Source: Octopus vulgaris (taxonomy: Eukaryota). Taken from it: a DNA stretch of 64,000 nucleotides. This document shows positions 11,273 through 25,221 of the stretch, piece after piece. The position numbers and the translations under genes were made by a program. Positions within the stretch are counted from its first letter, which is position 1, and every line of letters begins with the position of its first letter. The stretch is taken from NCBI GenBank assembly GCA_951406725.2, contig OX597815.1:192200001-192264000 (forward strand). The letters are read 5' to 3'. The notes beneath the pieces are model-generated. The model saw nothing but the letters and a program-made list of their open reading frames with translations, was not told the origin of the DNA and made no database searches.

Positions 11273-13229
11273 ATGAGGAAAAATTCTTTCATGTATGTGA
11301 TATTTATTTGTACTTAACTCAGAAGAATGAAAGACGAAATAGAATCCAAAATTATTTGGATACCGAACACTAATGGCAGATGCTAAATACTATAATGCAC
11401 TCTGTGAAGTGCTCTCTTAGCTGTAGTGATTCTGCTCATCCGCTAATCTCGAAAATATAAGAAACAATAAAAATTACCAAAATCTAATATCAATCCTTAT
11501 AAGGAATTCAAACAAAAACTGTTTATCATCCTCCTACAATCCTGTTTCAATCTAAAGCATTGTAATTCTGTTACCATGACTGTTGCTTTTAAGAATTCCA
11601 ATATATACTTTGGTAACTAACCATCAATCTGTCATCTGTTCAGAATTTACCACGTACATTTACTGAAATCTTCACAAGTTATAGGCTCTGCTATTTTATT
11701 ACATTGATTTCTTCTCCATAAATGCACACCATGGCAATTTTGTATAGTTTTATGACTTTTATAAGTTTTGGTAAATAAAGGGCAGCATCAGTGATATTTA
11801 AGCTCCTCTTAATACTTTTTTTTGTTTTTTTGTTTTTTTTGTTTATTTGTCCCTTCAAGAATGGAGCCACCAACAATTATAGAGTGGCTGGACTGGTAGA
11901 GTGTGTAAGGCTAGATGTCTTATGCTGTTTAATAAAAGCGGATGCTAGCCTAATTGATGAAGTAAGCCATGAAATTTTCATCAATTAAAAATCAATAACG
12001 GAGAAGAAAAATACACATATCATGAATTTCTTCTTAAGTAATTGTTTCTTTGTCTTTAAGAAAATGTCTTGGTTCAGAAAATGTTAAATTAATAAACCTC
12101 AGGTTATGTCATGTTGATGATTTCTAAGAAGAGTGAAATAGTGCCTCACGTGATTACCACTGGCTATTAGGTTGTTTCACATGAAATGTCACATTTTTAA
12201 TTACTTGCTTTTTCAGTCATTTAAAAACTCAATTATGTATACCTTGCATTTAATCTTGACTCTTTTTCTTTCCCAACAATATTGGTTTACAATTATAATT
12301 AATTAAACATGGAATGTAAGTGGGGAGTGAATCTTATCATTAGCAATACAGTAGACAACTTCAGACATGTTTCAGTGTTATTGGATTTCATCAGTAAAGT
12401 AGAGACTTGGATGGCATTATCTTAGAATGACAAAAGAGATGTAGGACTTTTGTGAATGAACTCAGAGTTTGTTTATTTGCTTCAACAACGGTGGTGCCCC
12501 AGCATGGCCACAGCCTTCGGGCTAAAACATTTTTAAGGATTTAAGGATTTGTTTATCTCTGCTAACATGGGTTTGGTCAGTGAGATATTCTCTCTTTTCA
12601 CTTTTATTCATTTCAGTCATTAATCTATGGCCATGCTGGAGCACTATATTGGAGAACTTTAATCAAATGAATCAATCTCATTACCTTTTTTTTTAAAGCC
12701 TAGTACATATTCTATCGGGGATGTAAACACACAAACACAGGTTGTCAACCAGGGTTTGTTACAAACACAGACACAAAGACACAAACATGTATATATGCAA
12801 TGGGCTTCTTTCAGTTTCCATCTACCAAATCCACTCACAAAACTTTGGTCAGTCTAAGGCTATAGTAGAAGACACTTGCCCAAGAGGCCACACAGTGGGA
12901 CTGAACCTGGAACCATTTGGTTGATAGGGGAACTTTTTAACCACACAGCCACTTTAGTCAAGATTTCGTGGCCACGTGCTCTTCCGCTTGACAAACCTTA
13001 CCTGTTTATGAAGCGAGGAATTATTTTTATTCTACAGATCTTTTCAGAGCACCGACTGTTTGGTGGGTCCTGGTGTTAACAAGGAATATCAACATCAATA
13101 TCATTTCACTCAACCAATGAGAAATGTAGGCTTTAAACATGACATACATTCACACACAGACACACCACATACAGATATGTATGCGTTTATTATATATTAT
13201 GTGCATGCGTGCGTGTGTACGTATGTGTG

Positions 13230-13800
13230 TCTATATATACATATATATATTTACATATATATATGTGTGTATATGTATATATATATATTTACATATATAT
13301 GTGTGTGTATATGTATATATATTTACATATATATATGTGTATGTATATGTATATATATTTACATATAAATATGTGTGTGTATATGTATATATATTTACAT
13401 ATATATGTGTGTGTATATGTATATATATTTACATATATATGTGTGTGTATATGTATATATATATATTTACATATATATATGTGTGTATATGTATATATAT
13501 ATATTTACATATATATGTGTGTGTATATGTATATATATATTTACATATATATGTGTGTGTATATGTATATATATTTACATATATATGTGTGTGTATATGT
13601 ATATATATATATATATATTTACATATATATGTGTGTGTATATGTATATATATATATATATATATATTTACATATATATGTGGGTGTATATGTGTATATAT
13701 ATATATGTATATTTACATATATATGTGTGTGTATATGTGTATATATATATATGTATATTTACATATATATGTGTGTGTGTATTTACATATATATATATAT

Positions 13801-13847
<47 letters not shown>

Positions 13848-13905
13848 ATTTACATATATATGTGTGTGTATATGTATATAGATATATATACATATATATA
13901 TTTAT
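13230..13905. repeat. (TA)/(TG) compound minisatellite, unit about 30 bp
   Basis: Recurrent ttacatatatatgtgtgtgtatatgtatatatat. Confidence 0.9.
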
Positions 13906-14340
13906 ATAAAATATACACCCACATATCATTGCCACTGATGACAATGGTGACGGTTGTGGTGGTGCTGGTGCTGGTGGAACGGAAAGGATAATGACACACA
14001 TATATGACCGGCTCGTGTGCTGTTTTTTTGTGTGTCTACGAAATTCCATTTACAAAAGATTTGGTGCTATAATACAAGACATTGGCCTGAGGCACTGGAA
14101 CCATGCTGCTGTAAAAAAGAACTTCACCATCAAATGGCTCTGCCTACAACTAGTACCAATTAGAGAGCTAATATCTGCCATGATATTTATCACAAGGTCC
14201 ACCCCAGGTATTAGTTAAATATAAAGGAAAATACTGAATTACAGGAAAAAAAAAAAAAGCAATTCTGTCTTTTCACTAATTGTTATACCACTTTCTCATG
14301 GTACCATTCCATTTATCCGTCTGTCTGTCTGTCTATCTAC

Positions 14341-14689
14341 AGGCATGGGTGTGGCTGTGTGGTGAGAAGCTTTCTTCTCAACTACATGGTTCAAGGTTCA
14401 GTCCCACTCTGTGGCACCTTGGACAAGTATCTTCTACTGTAGCCTCAGGCCAGCTAAAGCTTTGCAAGTGGGGTTTGGTAGATGAAAACTGAAAGAAGCC
14501 CATTGTATAAATAAATAAATAGGCATAGGAGTGGCTGTGCGGTAAGTAGCCTGCTAACCAACCACATGGTTCCGGGTTCAGTCCCACTGCGTGGCATCTT
14601 GGGCAAGTGCCTTCTGCTATAGCCCCGGGCCGACCAATGCCTTGTGAGTGGATTTGGTAGACGGAAACTGAAAGAAGCCTGTCGTATAA

Positions 14690-14739
<50 letters not shown>

Positions 14740-14948
14740 ATGTGTTTGTGTGTCTGTGTTTGTCTCCCTAGCATTGCTTGACAACCGATGCTGGTGTGTT
14801 TATGTTCCCATCACTTGGCGGTTCGGCAAAAGAGACTGATAGAATAAGTACTGGGCTTACAAAGAATAAATCCCAGGGTCGGTTTGCTCGACTAAAGGCG
14901 ATGCTCCAGCATGGCTACAGTCAAATGACTGAAACAAGTAAAAGAGTA
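14341..14948 (+). mobile_element. SINE family A: 5' half followed by a full copy
   Basis: About 14341-14505 and 14521-14948. Confidence 0.82.
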
Positions 14949-15272
14949 AATAAATAAATATATGTGTGTGTGTATAACACTATATATAAATTCCCTAATA
15001 GGAATGACCAAGTTTAAAAATCTGCAGGATCTCACTCGTAAGGGAATCTTACATTGCTTATAAACTCTATATTTGGAGGGACTCATTTTAAACTCTGTCG
15101 GACTTTTGGATTTTACTCAAAGGATATTGGAATATTGCATATATACTATTATGCCTATAAAATGGATTTACAACTTCAATACCCATACATATCTTGCATC
15201 TATTTTCTTTCCTCCACCTCACTCTCTATTTTGTATCACATTTAAACTATGACTTAACTATCCTCTCACACC

Positions 15273-15325
15273 GTCTCCGATGAAGGGATATAATAAATAA
15301 ATATCCTAGAAACAGCTGTATAGAC
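15273..15325 (+). ncRNA. Hammerhead-like motif, core-mutated, in a Penelope-like terminal repeat
   Basis: gtct-CCGATGA-agggatat..atatccta-GAAA-cagctg-TA-tagac. Same family as 21669 and 22436, but CCGAUGA instead of CUGAUGA. Confidence 0.55.
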
Positions 15326-15599
15326 CTTCTATCTATAAATATCTGTACAGCTTTGGTTTTTTATCTTATTATGCAAAAATTCTTATCATCATCATTTTAG
15401 CGTCCGTTCTATGCTAGCTTAGTTACTGGGGTCTGTGAGGCCGAAGGCTTCATCAGGCCCAGTCAGATCTGGCAGTGTTTCTACGGCTGGATGCCCTTCC
15501 TAGCCACCACTCCGTGAGTGTAGTGGGTGCTTAACGTGCCACGCACAGGTGCCAGACAGAGCTGGCAAACGGCCACAAACGGATGGTGCTTTTACATGT

Positions 15600-15649
<50 letters not shown>

Positions 15650-15964
15650 GGAGTAAATCCAAACTTACAGGGGAAAAATTAGATTTAGGATTAAATCTAA
15701 TTTTATAGTATAAATATATATTATATTAAATTAGAGATAAAAATATTTTTTATCATCATCATCATCATCATCATCGTTTAACGTCCGCTTTCCATGCTAG
15801 CATGGGTTGGACGGTTCAACTGGGGTCTGGCAAGCCCGAAGGCTGCACCAGGCCATATTTTTTAATTAATTTTATTTCTATGTATTGGCTTATGATTTTC
15901 ACTGTTTGATTTGCATAATAGTGGTTTCATCTCTAATTTAATATAATATATATATATATATATA

Positions 15965-16500
15965 TTCATTCTTTATCTTTATAAGTCCACCATTTGCCTT
16001 TGCATTGAGTACTGTTGTCACATATGGGCAGGTGCTCTTGCTGATTGTTTAACTCTGTTGGACCTTTTTCAACACCATATTTGTAATTCTATTGGTCCTG
16101 ATTTATCTTCTAAACTAGGGTCACTCTCTCATCATCGTCGTGTAGCTTCCTTGTCTCTTTTTCTATAAGCATTTTCATGGACATTGTTCAGCTGAGACCC
16201 TCTTCTCCAGTTCCTCCTTTAAGAACTTATCAGTGATCAACTAGACTTGCATCCAGTTCTCATCAGTATACTGGTCAACCTCCTAAGTGTCGTAAAGCAC
16301 TTTACAGTACCAGTTTCTTCCCTCACACTTCTGAACATTGGGATTCCCTTCCACAGTCTTGTTTTCCTCTTCAATATGACCTCCTGTCTTTTAAGTCTAA
16401 TGTACATTGTCACCTATTGACTTCTGTCTAGTGTCCATTTTATACTAACAGCTCTTACGTCTTCAATGGCCCAAGGACCTTCTAATGAGCGAATGCTTTA
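15965..16500 (+). mobile_element. Degenerate CR1/Jockey-group LINE, C-terminal region
   Basis: Reads IEYCCHIWAGALADCLTLLDLFQHHICNSIGPDLSSKLGSLSHHRRVASLSLFYKHFHGHCSAE, a typical post-RT region of CR1-like ORF2. Confidence 0.7.
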
Positions 16501-17498
16501 AAATATATATTTATATAACACCAAGAAAGTTAGGGGTTGTGGATCCAACACACTAAGGGTTAATACTTATCCAATATACTGTTGTGTATTATTATTAATT
16601 ATTAATACCCAATTATTAATACACAAGTGTTTTTAATTGCAATGCAATAAACTTACTTATTGTTTTAAATGGGTGAAGGTAAAGAAATATTTTACCATTA
16701 ATTTATATTACAAATAAGAGAATGGAGAAACACATTAGTTGGTTTATCAGCTTTAGGATATTAGACTGTTGACTTATTTATTTATCAAAATGACAACCAT
16801 ATTAACATACATACATATAGTATAGTATTCAATGCATATAAGATAAGAATACAAGCAGTTATTAAAAAACATGAATATATATATATATAGATAGTGTAAG
16901 ATATAAGTTGGAGGTATTGTAACCATCTAAGGGATAGATGTATCCATAGGCACTTCTGGTATTACCACAGTATGTATAGTCCTTGTTATGAGGTATACGG
17001 CAGTAGGTAATTTGAGAGGTAAACTGTGGTTTAATATTTATAGAGACAATAAGAATTGGAGCAATAAACAGTGAGAAGTGGATCATCATCATCATCGTTT
17101 AACATCTGCTTTCCATGCCAGCATGGGTTGGATGATTTGACTGTGGACTGGGTAACCAGATGGCTGCACCAGGTTCCAATCTGACCTGGCAGAGTTTCTA
17201 CAGCTGGATGCCCTTCCTAATGCCAACAACTCCGAGAGTGTAGTGGGTGCTTTAACATGCCACCGGCACGAGGGCCAGTCAGGCGGTACTGGCAACGGCC
17301 ACACTCAAATGGTGCTTTTTATGTGCCAACTGCACAGGAGCCAATCCAGCGGCATTGGCAGCGACCTCACTCGAATGTTTTTTTCCCATGCCACCAGCAC
17401 TAGTGCTAGTAAGGTGACACATTATAAGTAATTAAATACTGACTTTATAACATCAATGATCCACTTCTCACTGTTATTTATTGCTCCATTTCTTATCA

Positions 17499-17538
<40 letters not shown>

Positions 17539-17690
17539 CCGGATCGGAGCGATCTCAAAATTAATCAGCTGAAATTGCGAGGATGATCCGGTTCTTGACT
17601 GAAGATTGAAGGCTTCGAATGTCCCGTCCGTGTTTTTTGTATCGTCTTCTAAATGTTTTGCGTTCTTGTCCCAGTTTGTATTTTTTTTAC

Positions 17691-17721
<31 letters not shown>

Positions 17722-17722
17722 T

Positions 17723-17757
<35 letters not shown>

Positions 17758-18224
17758 ATTTGTGTGTCTGTGTTTCTTTTGAGTATCATCTGTGTTTCTT
17801 ATCATCTTTATATGTATGTGTGTGTGTGTATGTATTTGTGTGTCTGTGTTCATCCTCTCACCATCATTTAACAACCGATGTTGGTGTGTTTATGTCCCTG
17901 TAACTTTGCAATTTGGTAAAAAAAGACCGATAGAATAAGTAACCAGGCTTACGAAGAATAAGTCCTGGGGGTCGATTTGATTCGACTAAAGTCGGCGCTC
18001 CATCATGGCCACAGTCAAAATGACTGAAACAAATAAAAGAATCAAAGAACAAACATAATAAAATGGATAACCACAGAAAACAAGCAACTAAAGAAACGGT
18101 CCCAAATTCGCTTTGGCATCTTTGAATACCGAAGAAAGAGAATCTGTTTGTAATGTAGTCCTTCTTATAGAGACTTTTATCAACATATGCAACTCATCAT
18201 TGCATTAGCCATTGTGGAATACAA

Positions 18225-18890
18225 AACAACAACAACAACAAAAACAAAAGAAACCCCAAAAGAATTTTTTGTTTTTTGATGTTGTTCTTGTTTGTTTTGT
18301 TGTTTATTACTATCATCAACATCAGGGTCTCCACCACCACTACCACCACTACTACTACTACTAATGCTGCTGCTACTGTTGCTGCTGTTGTTACTACCAC
18401 CTCCACCACCACTGCAACCATCACCAGCACTACTACTGCTGCTACTACTACTACTACTACTACCATTACTACCACCACTATTACTACTACTACTACTACT
18501 ACTGCAACTACTACCATCACCACCACTACTACTACTACTACAAAACAACCACAGTTACTACCACCACCTCCATAACTACCATCACTACTACCATCACCAC
18601 CACCACTAGCTACTACTACTACTACTACTACAAAAGCAACCACAGTTACTACCACCACCCCCATAACTACTACTACTATTGCTGCTGCTACTACTACTAC
18701 TACTACTACAAAAATACTACTTCTACTGTTACTACTACTACTACTACTGCTGCTACTACCATCATCACCACCACCACCACTACTACTACTACTAATACTA
18801 CTAGTACTGTTGCTGCTGCTACTACTACCACTTCCACCACCACCACCACCACTATTATTACCACTACTGTTGTTGTTGTTGTTGTTGTTA
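18225..18890. repeat. Mixed trinucleotide array (ACT/ACC/GCT/GTT)n
   Basis: Seen directly; produces spurious poly-T/V/S/L ORFs. Confidence 0.9.
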
Positions 18891-19147
18891 TTTGCTAGTA
18901 GTTTAGTTCCCGAATGAATTCTTGTCTTTATCAACAGAACCACAAACTAAAAATGAGCTGAATTTTCACCTCATGCAAGTAAAAAAAACAAAAAAAACAA
19001 AAAAAAACCAGCAAAAAAAAAAGAAGAGAAATTTCTCTTAAAAAAAAAAAAGAGGAAAAAAAAGTTGTCTTCCTTTACATTTGACGATGCAGCAGTTTTT
19101 CTCTCTTAGCTTAAATGAAGAGGAACTATTTTGGTAGTTAGAACTGT

Positions 19148-20490
19148 TCTCTCTCTCTCTCTCTCTCTCTCTTGTTCAGTCTTTTTGTTGTCTGACTTGG
19201 TAAAATGTAGTATAATATCTCTCTCTCTCTCTCTGTATCTCTTCCTCTCTCTCTCTCACACACTTCTATCTCTCTCTCTCTCTCTCACACACACACTTCA
19301 CACACACACTTCTATCACTCTGTCTCTTCCTCTCTCTCTCTCTCACACACTTCTATCTCTCTCTTTCTCTCTCTCACACACACTTCTATCTCTCTCTCTC
19401 TCACACACACACTCCTATCACTCTGTCTCTTCCTCTCTCTCTCACACACACACTTCTATCTCTCTCTCTCTCTCTCACACACACTTCTATCTCTCTGTCT
19501 CTTCTTCTCTCTCACACACACACACTTCTATCACCCTGTCTCTTCCTCTCTCTCTCACACACACACTTCTATCTCTCTCTCTCTCTCACACACACTTCTA
19601 TCTCTCTGTCTCTTCTTCTCTCTCACACACACACACTTCTATCACTCTGTCTCTTCCTCTCTCTCTCTCACACACACACTTCTATCTCTCTCTCTCTCAC
19701 ACACACACTTCTATATCTCTCTCTCTCTCACACACACTTCTATCTCTCTGTCTCTTCTTCTCTCTCACACACACACTTCTATCACTGTCTCTTCCTCTCT
19801 CTCTCTCACACACACACCTCTATCTCTCTGTCTCTCCCTCTCTCAGACACTCACTCTATATCTCTCTCTCTCTCTCTCACACACACTTCTATCTCTCTGT
19901 CTCTTCTTCTCTCTCACACACACACTTCTATCACTGTCTCTTCCTCTCTCTCTCTCTCACACACACCTCTATCTCTCTGTCTCTCCCTCTCTCAGACACT
20001 CACAAATATTACCTCTCTCTCTCTCTTTCTCTCACATACACACTTGTCTCTGTCACTCCCTCTCTCATACACACACAAATATAGTCTCTCCCTCTCTCAC
20101 TCACACAAATATATTCATCCCTCTCTTTCTCACACATACTTCTCTCTGACTCACCCTCTCTCATACACACACACACAAATATTACCTCTCTCTCTCTCTC
20201 CCAGACACACTCACAAATATTACCTCTCTCACACACACACAAATACAGTCTCTCTCTCTCTCTCTCTCTCTCTCATACTCATACATAAATATAGTCTTTC
20301 CCTGTCTCTCATACACAAAAATACTCTCATTTCCTCTCTCTCTCTCTTTCACACATATATCTCCCAGAGATGTCTCTCCCTCTATTTCTCTTGCCTTCTC
20401 TCTATTTCCCTTGCTCTCTCTCTCTCTCTCACACACATACTCACAGATGTAGTAAATGTCGGCTCTCCCCACTCACTCTCATACACACAC
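19148..20490. repeat. (CT)n/(CA)n compound minisatellite
   Basis: Recurrent ctctctctcacacacacacttctatc units; strongly pyrimidine-rich on +. Confidence 0.9.
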
Positions 20491-21394
20491 ATACAAATCT
20501 AGTTAACCCCCTTCTCTCACATACATAGTCCTAAATGTGGTCTCTCTCTTTCTCTCTTTATTTCTCCTACAAACATACTCACACAGGGAAACACACACGG
20601 TCTATCTTTCACTTCCTCTTTCTTTCCCTTTTTTTCTTTTTTCAATTTGGTATATTTACAGTTTTAGAAGAACATCACCAAAGCATACTTTCTTCAATAA
20701 ACAAAAAAAAGTGCTACTCAACTATCTACCATTTTTTGTATTTGTAGACCACACACAAACACACACACATACATGCATATACAGAATACGCTTGCATTCA
20801 TTGATACACACATCAATGCATTGATGCATATATGCACATACATGTTGAATATAGACTGAATTTGAATATTTGCATCTTCAGTGCAAAACAGTTCTGCTCC
20901 AGTCAATCATGTCTGATGTTTGGTTCTGGTTATGGCAGAGAGAAGTTAGACCTTAGACCAAACTGTTTAGCAACTTAGTTTGGCCAAAAGCTGGTCCTTA
21001 GTAATGATATTCGAATTATCCTCATCTTGTTTATTATATTAATTGTGCTCTTTTCATTTTGACTTATGAGTCCTAAGGCGTTGCCAGTGTCACTGGACTG
21101 GCTCCTGTGCAGGTGACACATAAAAAGCACCATTTGAGCATGGCTGTTGCCAGTACTGCCTGACTGGCCCTCGTGCTGGTGGCACATAAAAGCACCCACT
21201 ACACTCTCGGAGTGGTTGGCGTTAGGAAGGGCATCCAGCTGTAGGAACTCTGCCAGATCAGATTGGAGTCTGGTGCAGCCATCTGACTCAGCAGTCCCCA
21301 GTCAAACCAGCCAACCCATGATAGCAAGGAAAGCGGACGTTAAACAATGATGATGATACACACACACACATATATATATTTTCTCTCAATCTAT

Positions 21395-21592
21395 CTTTCT
21401 TGTTTCTGTTGTACCTGTATTTCAAAGGGCCAGACTTGTCACACTCTGTGTCATGCTGAATCTCCCCCAGAACTACGTTAAGGGTACATGTGTCTCTGGA
21501 GTGCTCAGCGACTTGCACATTAATTTCATGAGCAGGCTGTTCTGTTGATCGGATCAACTGGAACCCTCGTCATCATAACCAACAGAGTGCCA
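21395..21592 (-). repeat. Interspersed repeat (probable SINE body); second copy at about 58700-58840 (+)
   Basis: gagcaggctgttctgttgatcggatcaactggaaccctcg matches the reverse complement of gttgatctggtcagtggaatagcctgctcatgaaattaa near 58730. Confidence 0.55.
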
Positions 21593-21668
21593 CAATATAT
21601 ATATATAAAGTGAGATGACAAAGCCAAGGCTATGTGGAATTTATAGGACAATTATAAAGAGGAAGATA

Positions 21669-21717
21669 GACTTACAGCTGTTTCTGGCATATTAGGGATA
21701 TCCCCTTCATCAGAGAC
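21669..21717 (-). ncRNA. Type I minimal hammerhead ribozyme motif (helices partly decayed)
   Basis: gtct-CTGATGA-aggggatatccctaatatgcca-GAAA-cagctg-TA-agtc. Confidence 0.6.
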
Positions 21718-22435
21718 AATATGAGAGAGTTAACTAGAGGGAAATAGGAGGGTTCAATATAAGGAGTTATTTTTTAAAAGGATGGATATAGGAAGTATAA
21801 AGGGAAATAAGGGAATAAAAGTAAAAATATATGTAGGATGTTACAGTAGCAGTTCCATTATCCAAGGAAAGTGTTGTGTAGAATGGGTAGAAATGCTTCT
21901 TGTCCATGGTATGCAGATTCCAATTGTTCATATTTTGTTATATATGAACATGAGTGGCTGTGTGGTAAGTAGCTTGCTTACCAACCACATGGTTCCGTGT
22001 TCAGTCCCACTGTGTGGCATCTTGGGCAAATGTCTTTTACTATAGCCTCGGGCCGACCAAAGCCTTGTGAGTGGATTTGGTAGACGGAAACTGAAAAGAA
22101 GCCCGTCGTGTATATGTATATATATGTATATGCATGTGTGTGTATGTTTGTGTGTCTGTGTTTGTCCCCCCAGCATTGCTTGACAACCGATGCTGGTGTG
22201 TTTATGTTGCTGTCACCTAGCGGTTCGGCAAAAGAGACCGATAGAATAAGTACTGGGCTTACAAAGAATAAGTCCCGGGGTCGATTTGCTCGACTAAAGG
22301 CGGTGCCCCAGCATGGCCGCAGTCAAATGACTGAAACAAGCAAAAGTAATATGTATGTGTTAGACAAAATGAGGTAACAAAGCAAAGGCCGTGAGGAGTT
22401 TTAAGGACATTTATAAGGCAAAAGATATAGATATA

Positions 22436-22483
22436 GCCTTACAGCTGTTTCTGGGATATTGTGGATATCCCTTCATCAGAGAC
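22436..22483 (-). ncRNA. Type I minimal hammerhead ribozyme motif
   Basis: gtct-CTGATGA-a-gggatat-ccaca-atatccc-a-GAAA-cagctg-TA-aggc: 4-bp helix I, 7-bp helix II, palindromic ACAGCTGT helix III. Confidence 0.7.
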
Positions 22484-22816
22484 GATGTGAGACGGTTAAA
22501 TGGAAGTAAATATTTGAGTTTGAAATAGAGGAATTATTATGGAAAAGGAGGAGCTGCGGGAATATAGAGGGAAATAAAAGAATGAAAGCAGAAATAAAAT
22601 ATAAAATCTATGAAGATATTGTAATTGCATTTCCATTATTCCATTATATATATATATAGTAATTAAGGGTAAAACTAATTAATTACGAAGTAATCAATAA
22701 ATTTCACTAAGTAGAATTCGGTATGAAAACAGGACCGTTATATGGTAAATTCTAGTAATACTAATATTAAGGGATCAGCAAAAGAAATGCATCACTTTAA
22801 TATCCCTTAATATTAG

Positions 22817-22853
<37 letters not shown>

Positions 22854-22894
22854 GCATACACAGACATTATAGATATAGATGCACAAACATAAAT

Positions 22895-23622
<728 letters not shown>

Positions 23623-24197
23623 CATTTTCAATACACAATTATAAAAGTGCAACTTATCCTGTCACGCTTTAAAATACATAAAAATTGACTGATTTATTTA
23701 ACATGTCAAGTATTTCCAAGCAATCCGTCAGGCATAGTTTATTACGTTAGATGTAGATTTTGCATTGGAGTAGATATATTTTACACACACACACACAAAC
23801 ACACATTCACCTATATAAGAGAGTATCTCAAGGCTAATAACGCAGTATTCAATGTTCTAACAAGATGTCTGTGTTAAGTTTGATATACAGATTACCTTTT
23901 GGCATTAAAATAATAATAATAATAATAATAATAATGATAATAATAATAATAATAAGATTGTCTTAACTGGTACAGATTGTCTTAACTGGTACATCACACG
24001 TATTGAGAAGAGCATTGTCGATGTGAGAACTGTTGCTGCTCATGTATTTTAATTTAACTTTAAAAAAAAAAATGAACGAACTACTGAGTTTGGTTTAATG
24101 GCCTACCAATATACACTATGAGTTTCTTTGCCCTAGGAGTCGGGAAGACACTCGGCAAGAAATGGAAGAAAATTTGAAAGAAGAAAAAAAAAAGTTA

Positions 24198-24866
24198 TAA
24201 TAATAATAATAATAATAATAATGAAATTATTGTATACAGTGCTCAGGTGCACCACAACTTGTCAAAAGTGCATATAAAGCATATGCAGTAATGTACAAAT
24301 GTCTGGGAAGCGAAAAGTGTATGAGTCAGATACATGCTTGCATGTGTATGGAGGGGAGAAAATCAGGTGTAGTGTTGGCGAATCTCAGGAAGCATGGAAG
24401 TTTTGAAGGATGCATTGCTCCGATAACTAACAACTGATGCCGGCAGTTTGTTCCATGCTTCAGCAACTCTTAGCGTGAAAAAATGTTTCCGAAAGTCATG
24501 GGAGCAGTGCTGTTTTCTGACTTTGTAAACATGTCCACGGGTGTTAGACAGGTGGAGTTTGAAAAGGTGCTCAGAGTTATTGTTTGTAAGATGGTTAATA
24601 AGTTTATGGGTGTCTGCCAAGTCAGCTGTCAGACGTCGGAGTTTCAAAGTGTCTATGCCCAGGGAAGTAAGGCGTTCAGAATATGGCAATTGTATACAGT
24701 GCTCAGGTGCACCACAACTTGTCAAAAGTGCGTATAAAGCATATGCAGTAATGTACAAATGTTGGAAAGTGAACAGTGTATGAGTCAGATACATACTTGC
24801 GTGTGTATGGAGGGGAGAAAATCAGGTGTAGTGTTGGCGAATCTCAGGAAGCATGGAAGTTTTGAA
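24198..24866 (-). mobile_element. CR1-clade LINE 3' ends, two head-to-tail truncated copies
   Basis: PYSERLTSLGIDTLKLRRLTADL...NTRGHVYKV...RKHFFTLRVAEAWNKLP and a (TTA)n tail. About 24230-24407 is repeated at 24689-24866. Confidence 0.85.
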
Positions 24867-25221
24867 TACTGCTTCCATCACTAATTAATTTTTATTAGCC
24901 TGCTGGATATTTGGAACTTCAGTATTGGAAAAGATGGTGTTCTTCTTTATATCATAGCAATGAGATTTGACTGGCATGAGGTGACTGGATGCCTCCAACT
25001 GATGATTCTCAGTAGGATGAAATCCTGATATGGGAATCCCAGCACCCATGACTGACAATTCTCGTCTGCTATGATCTGTGTGTGTGTGGTTCTATGCACC
25101 AAACCCCTAAATGAGAGGGTCTCTCAAGGACAATAATGCAGTATATGCTGTTCTTATAAGACATCCATGTTGTGTTGGATATAAAGATTACCTTTTATTG
25201 TTACCTTTTATTACCTTTTAT

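Larger units (their letters stand above)
21605..22640 (-). mobile_element. Penelope-like tandem terminal repeats, each with a hammerhead, separated by a SINE A copy
   Basis: About 21610-21860 and 22365-22640 are diverged direct repeats; SINE A (+) at about 21950-22345 lies between them. Confidence 0.65.

Noticed and set aside
13139-13991. Long Y/I/C/V/H/T-rich ORFs here and at 22775-23688, 33480-34717, 54423-55256, 62485-63301
   Set aside because: Translations of (TA)/(CA)/(TG) microsatellites, open in several frames on both strands.
17595-17635. CTGAAGA...CGAAT possible hammerhead; also CTGATGA...GAAA at about 50347
   Set aside because: First lacks GAAA and a paired helix I/III; second has no helices.
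18180-18943. Mucin-like poly-Thr/Ser/Val ORFs, also 30397-30927
   Set aside because: Trinucleotide arrays with no convincing splice context or non-repetitive coding sequence.
19131-20502. 317-aa S/L/H/T ORF
   Set aside because: Translation of a (CT)/(CA) minisatellite.
22295-22345. HDV-like ribozyme in the SINE A tail
   Set aside because: Two hairpins are present, but no nested double pseudoknot or catalytic C in a J4/2 position could be assigned.
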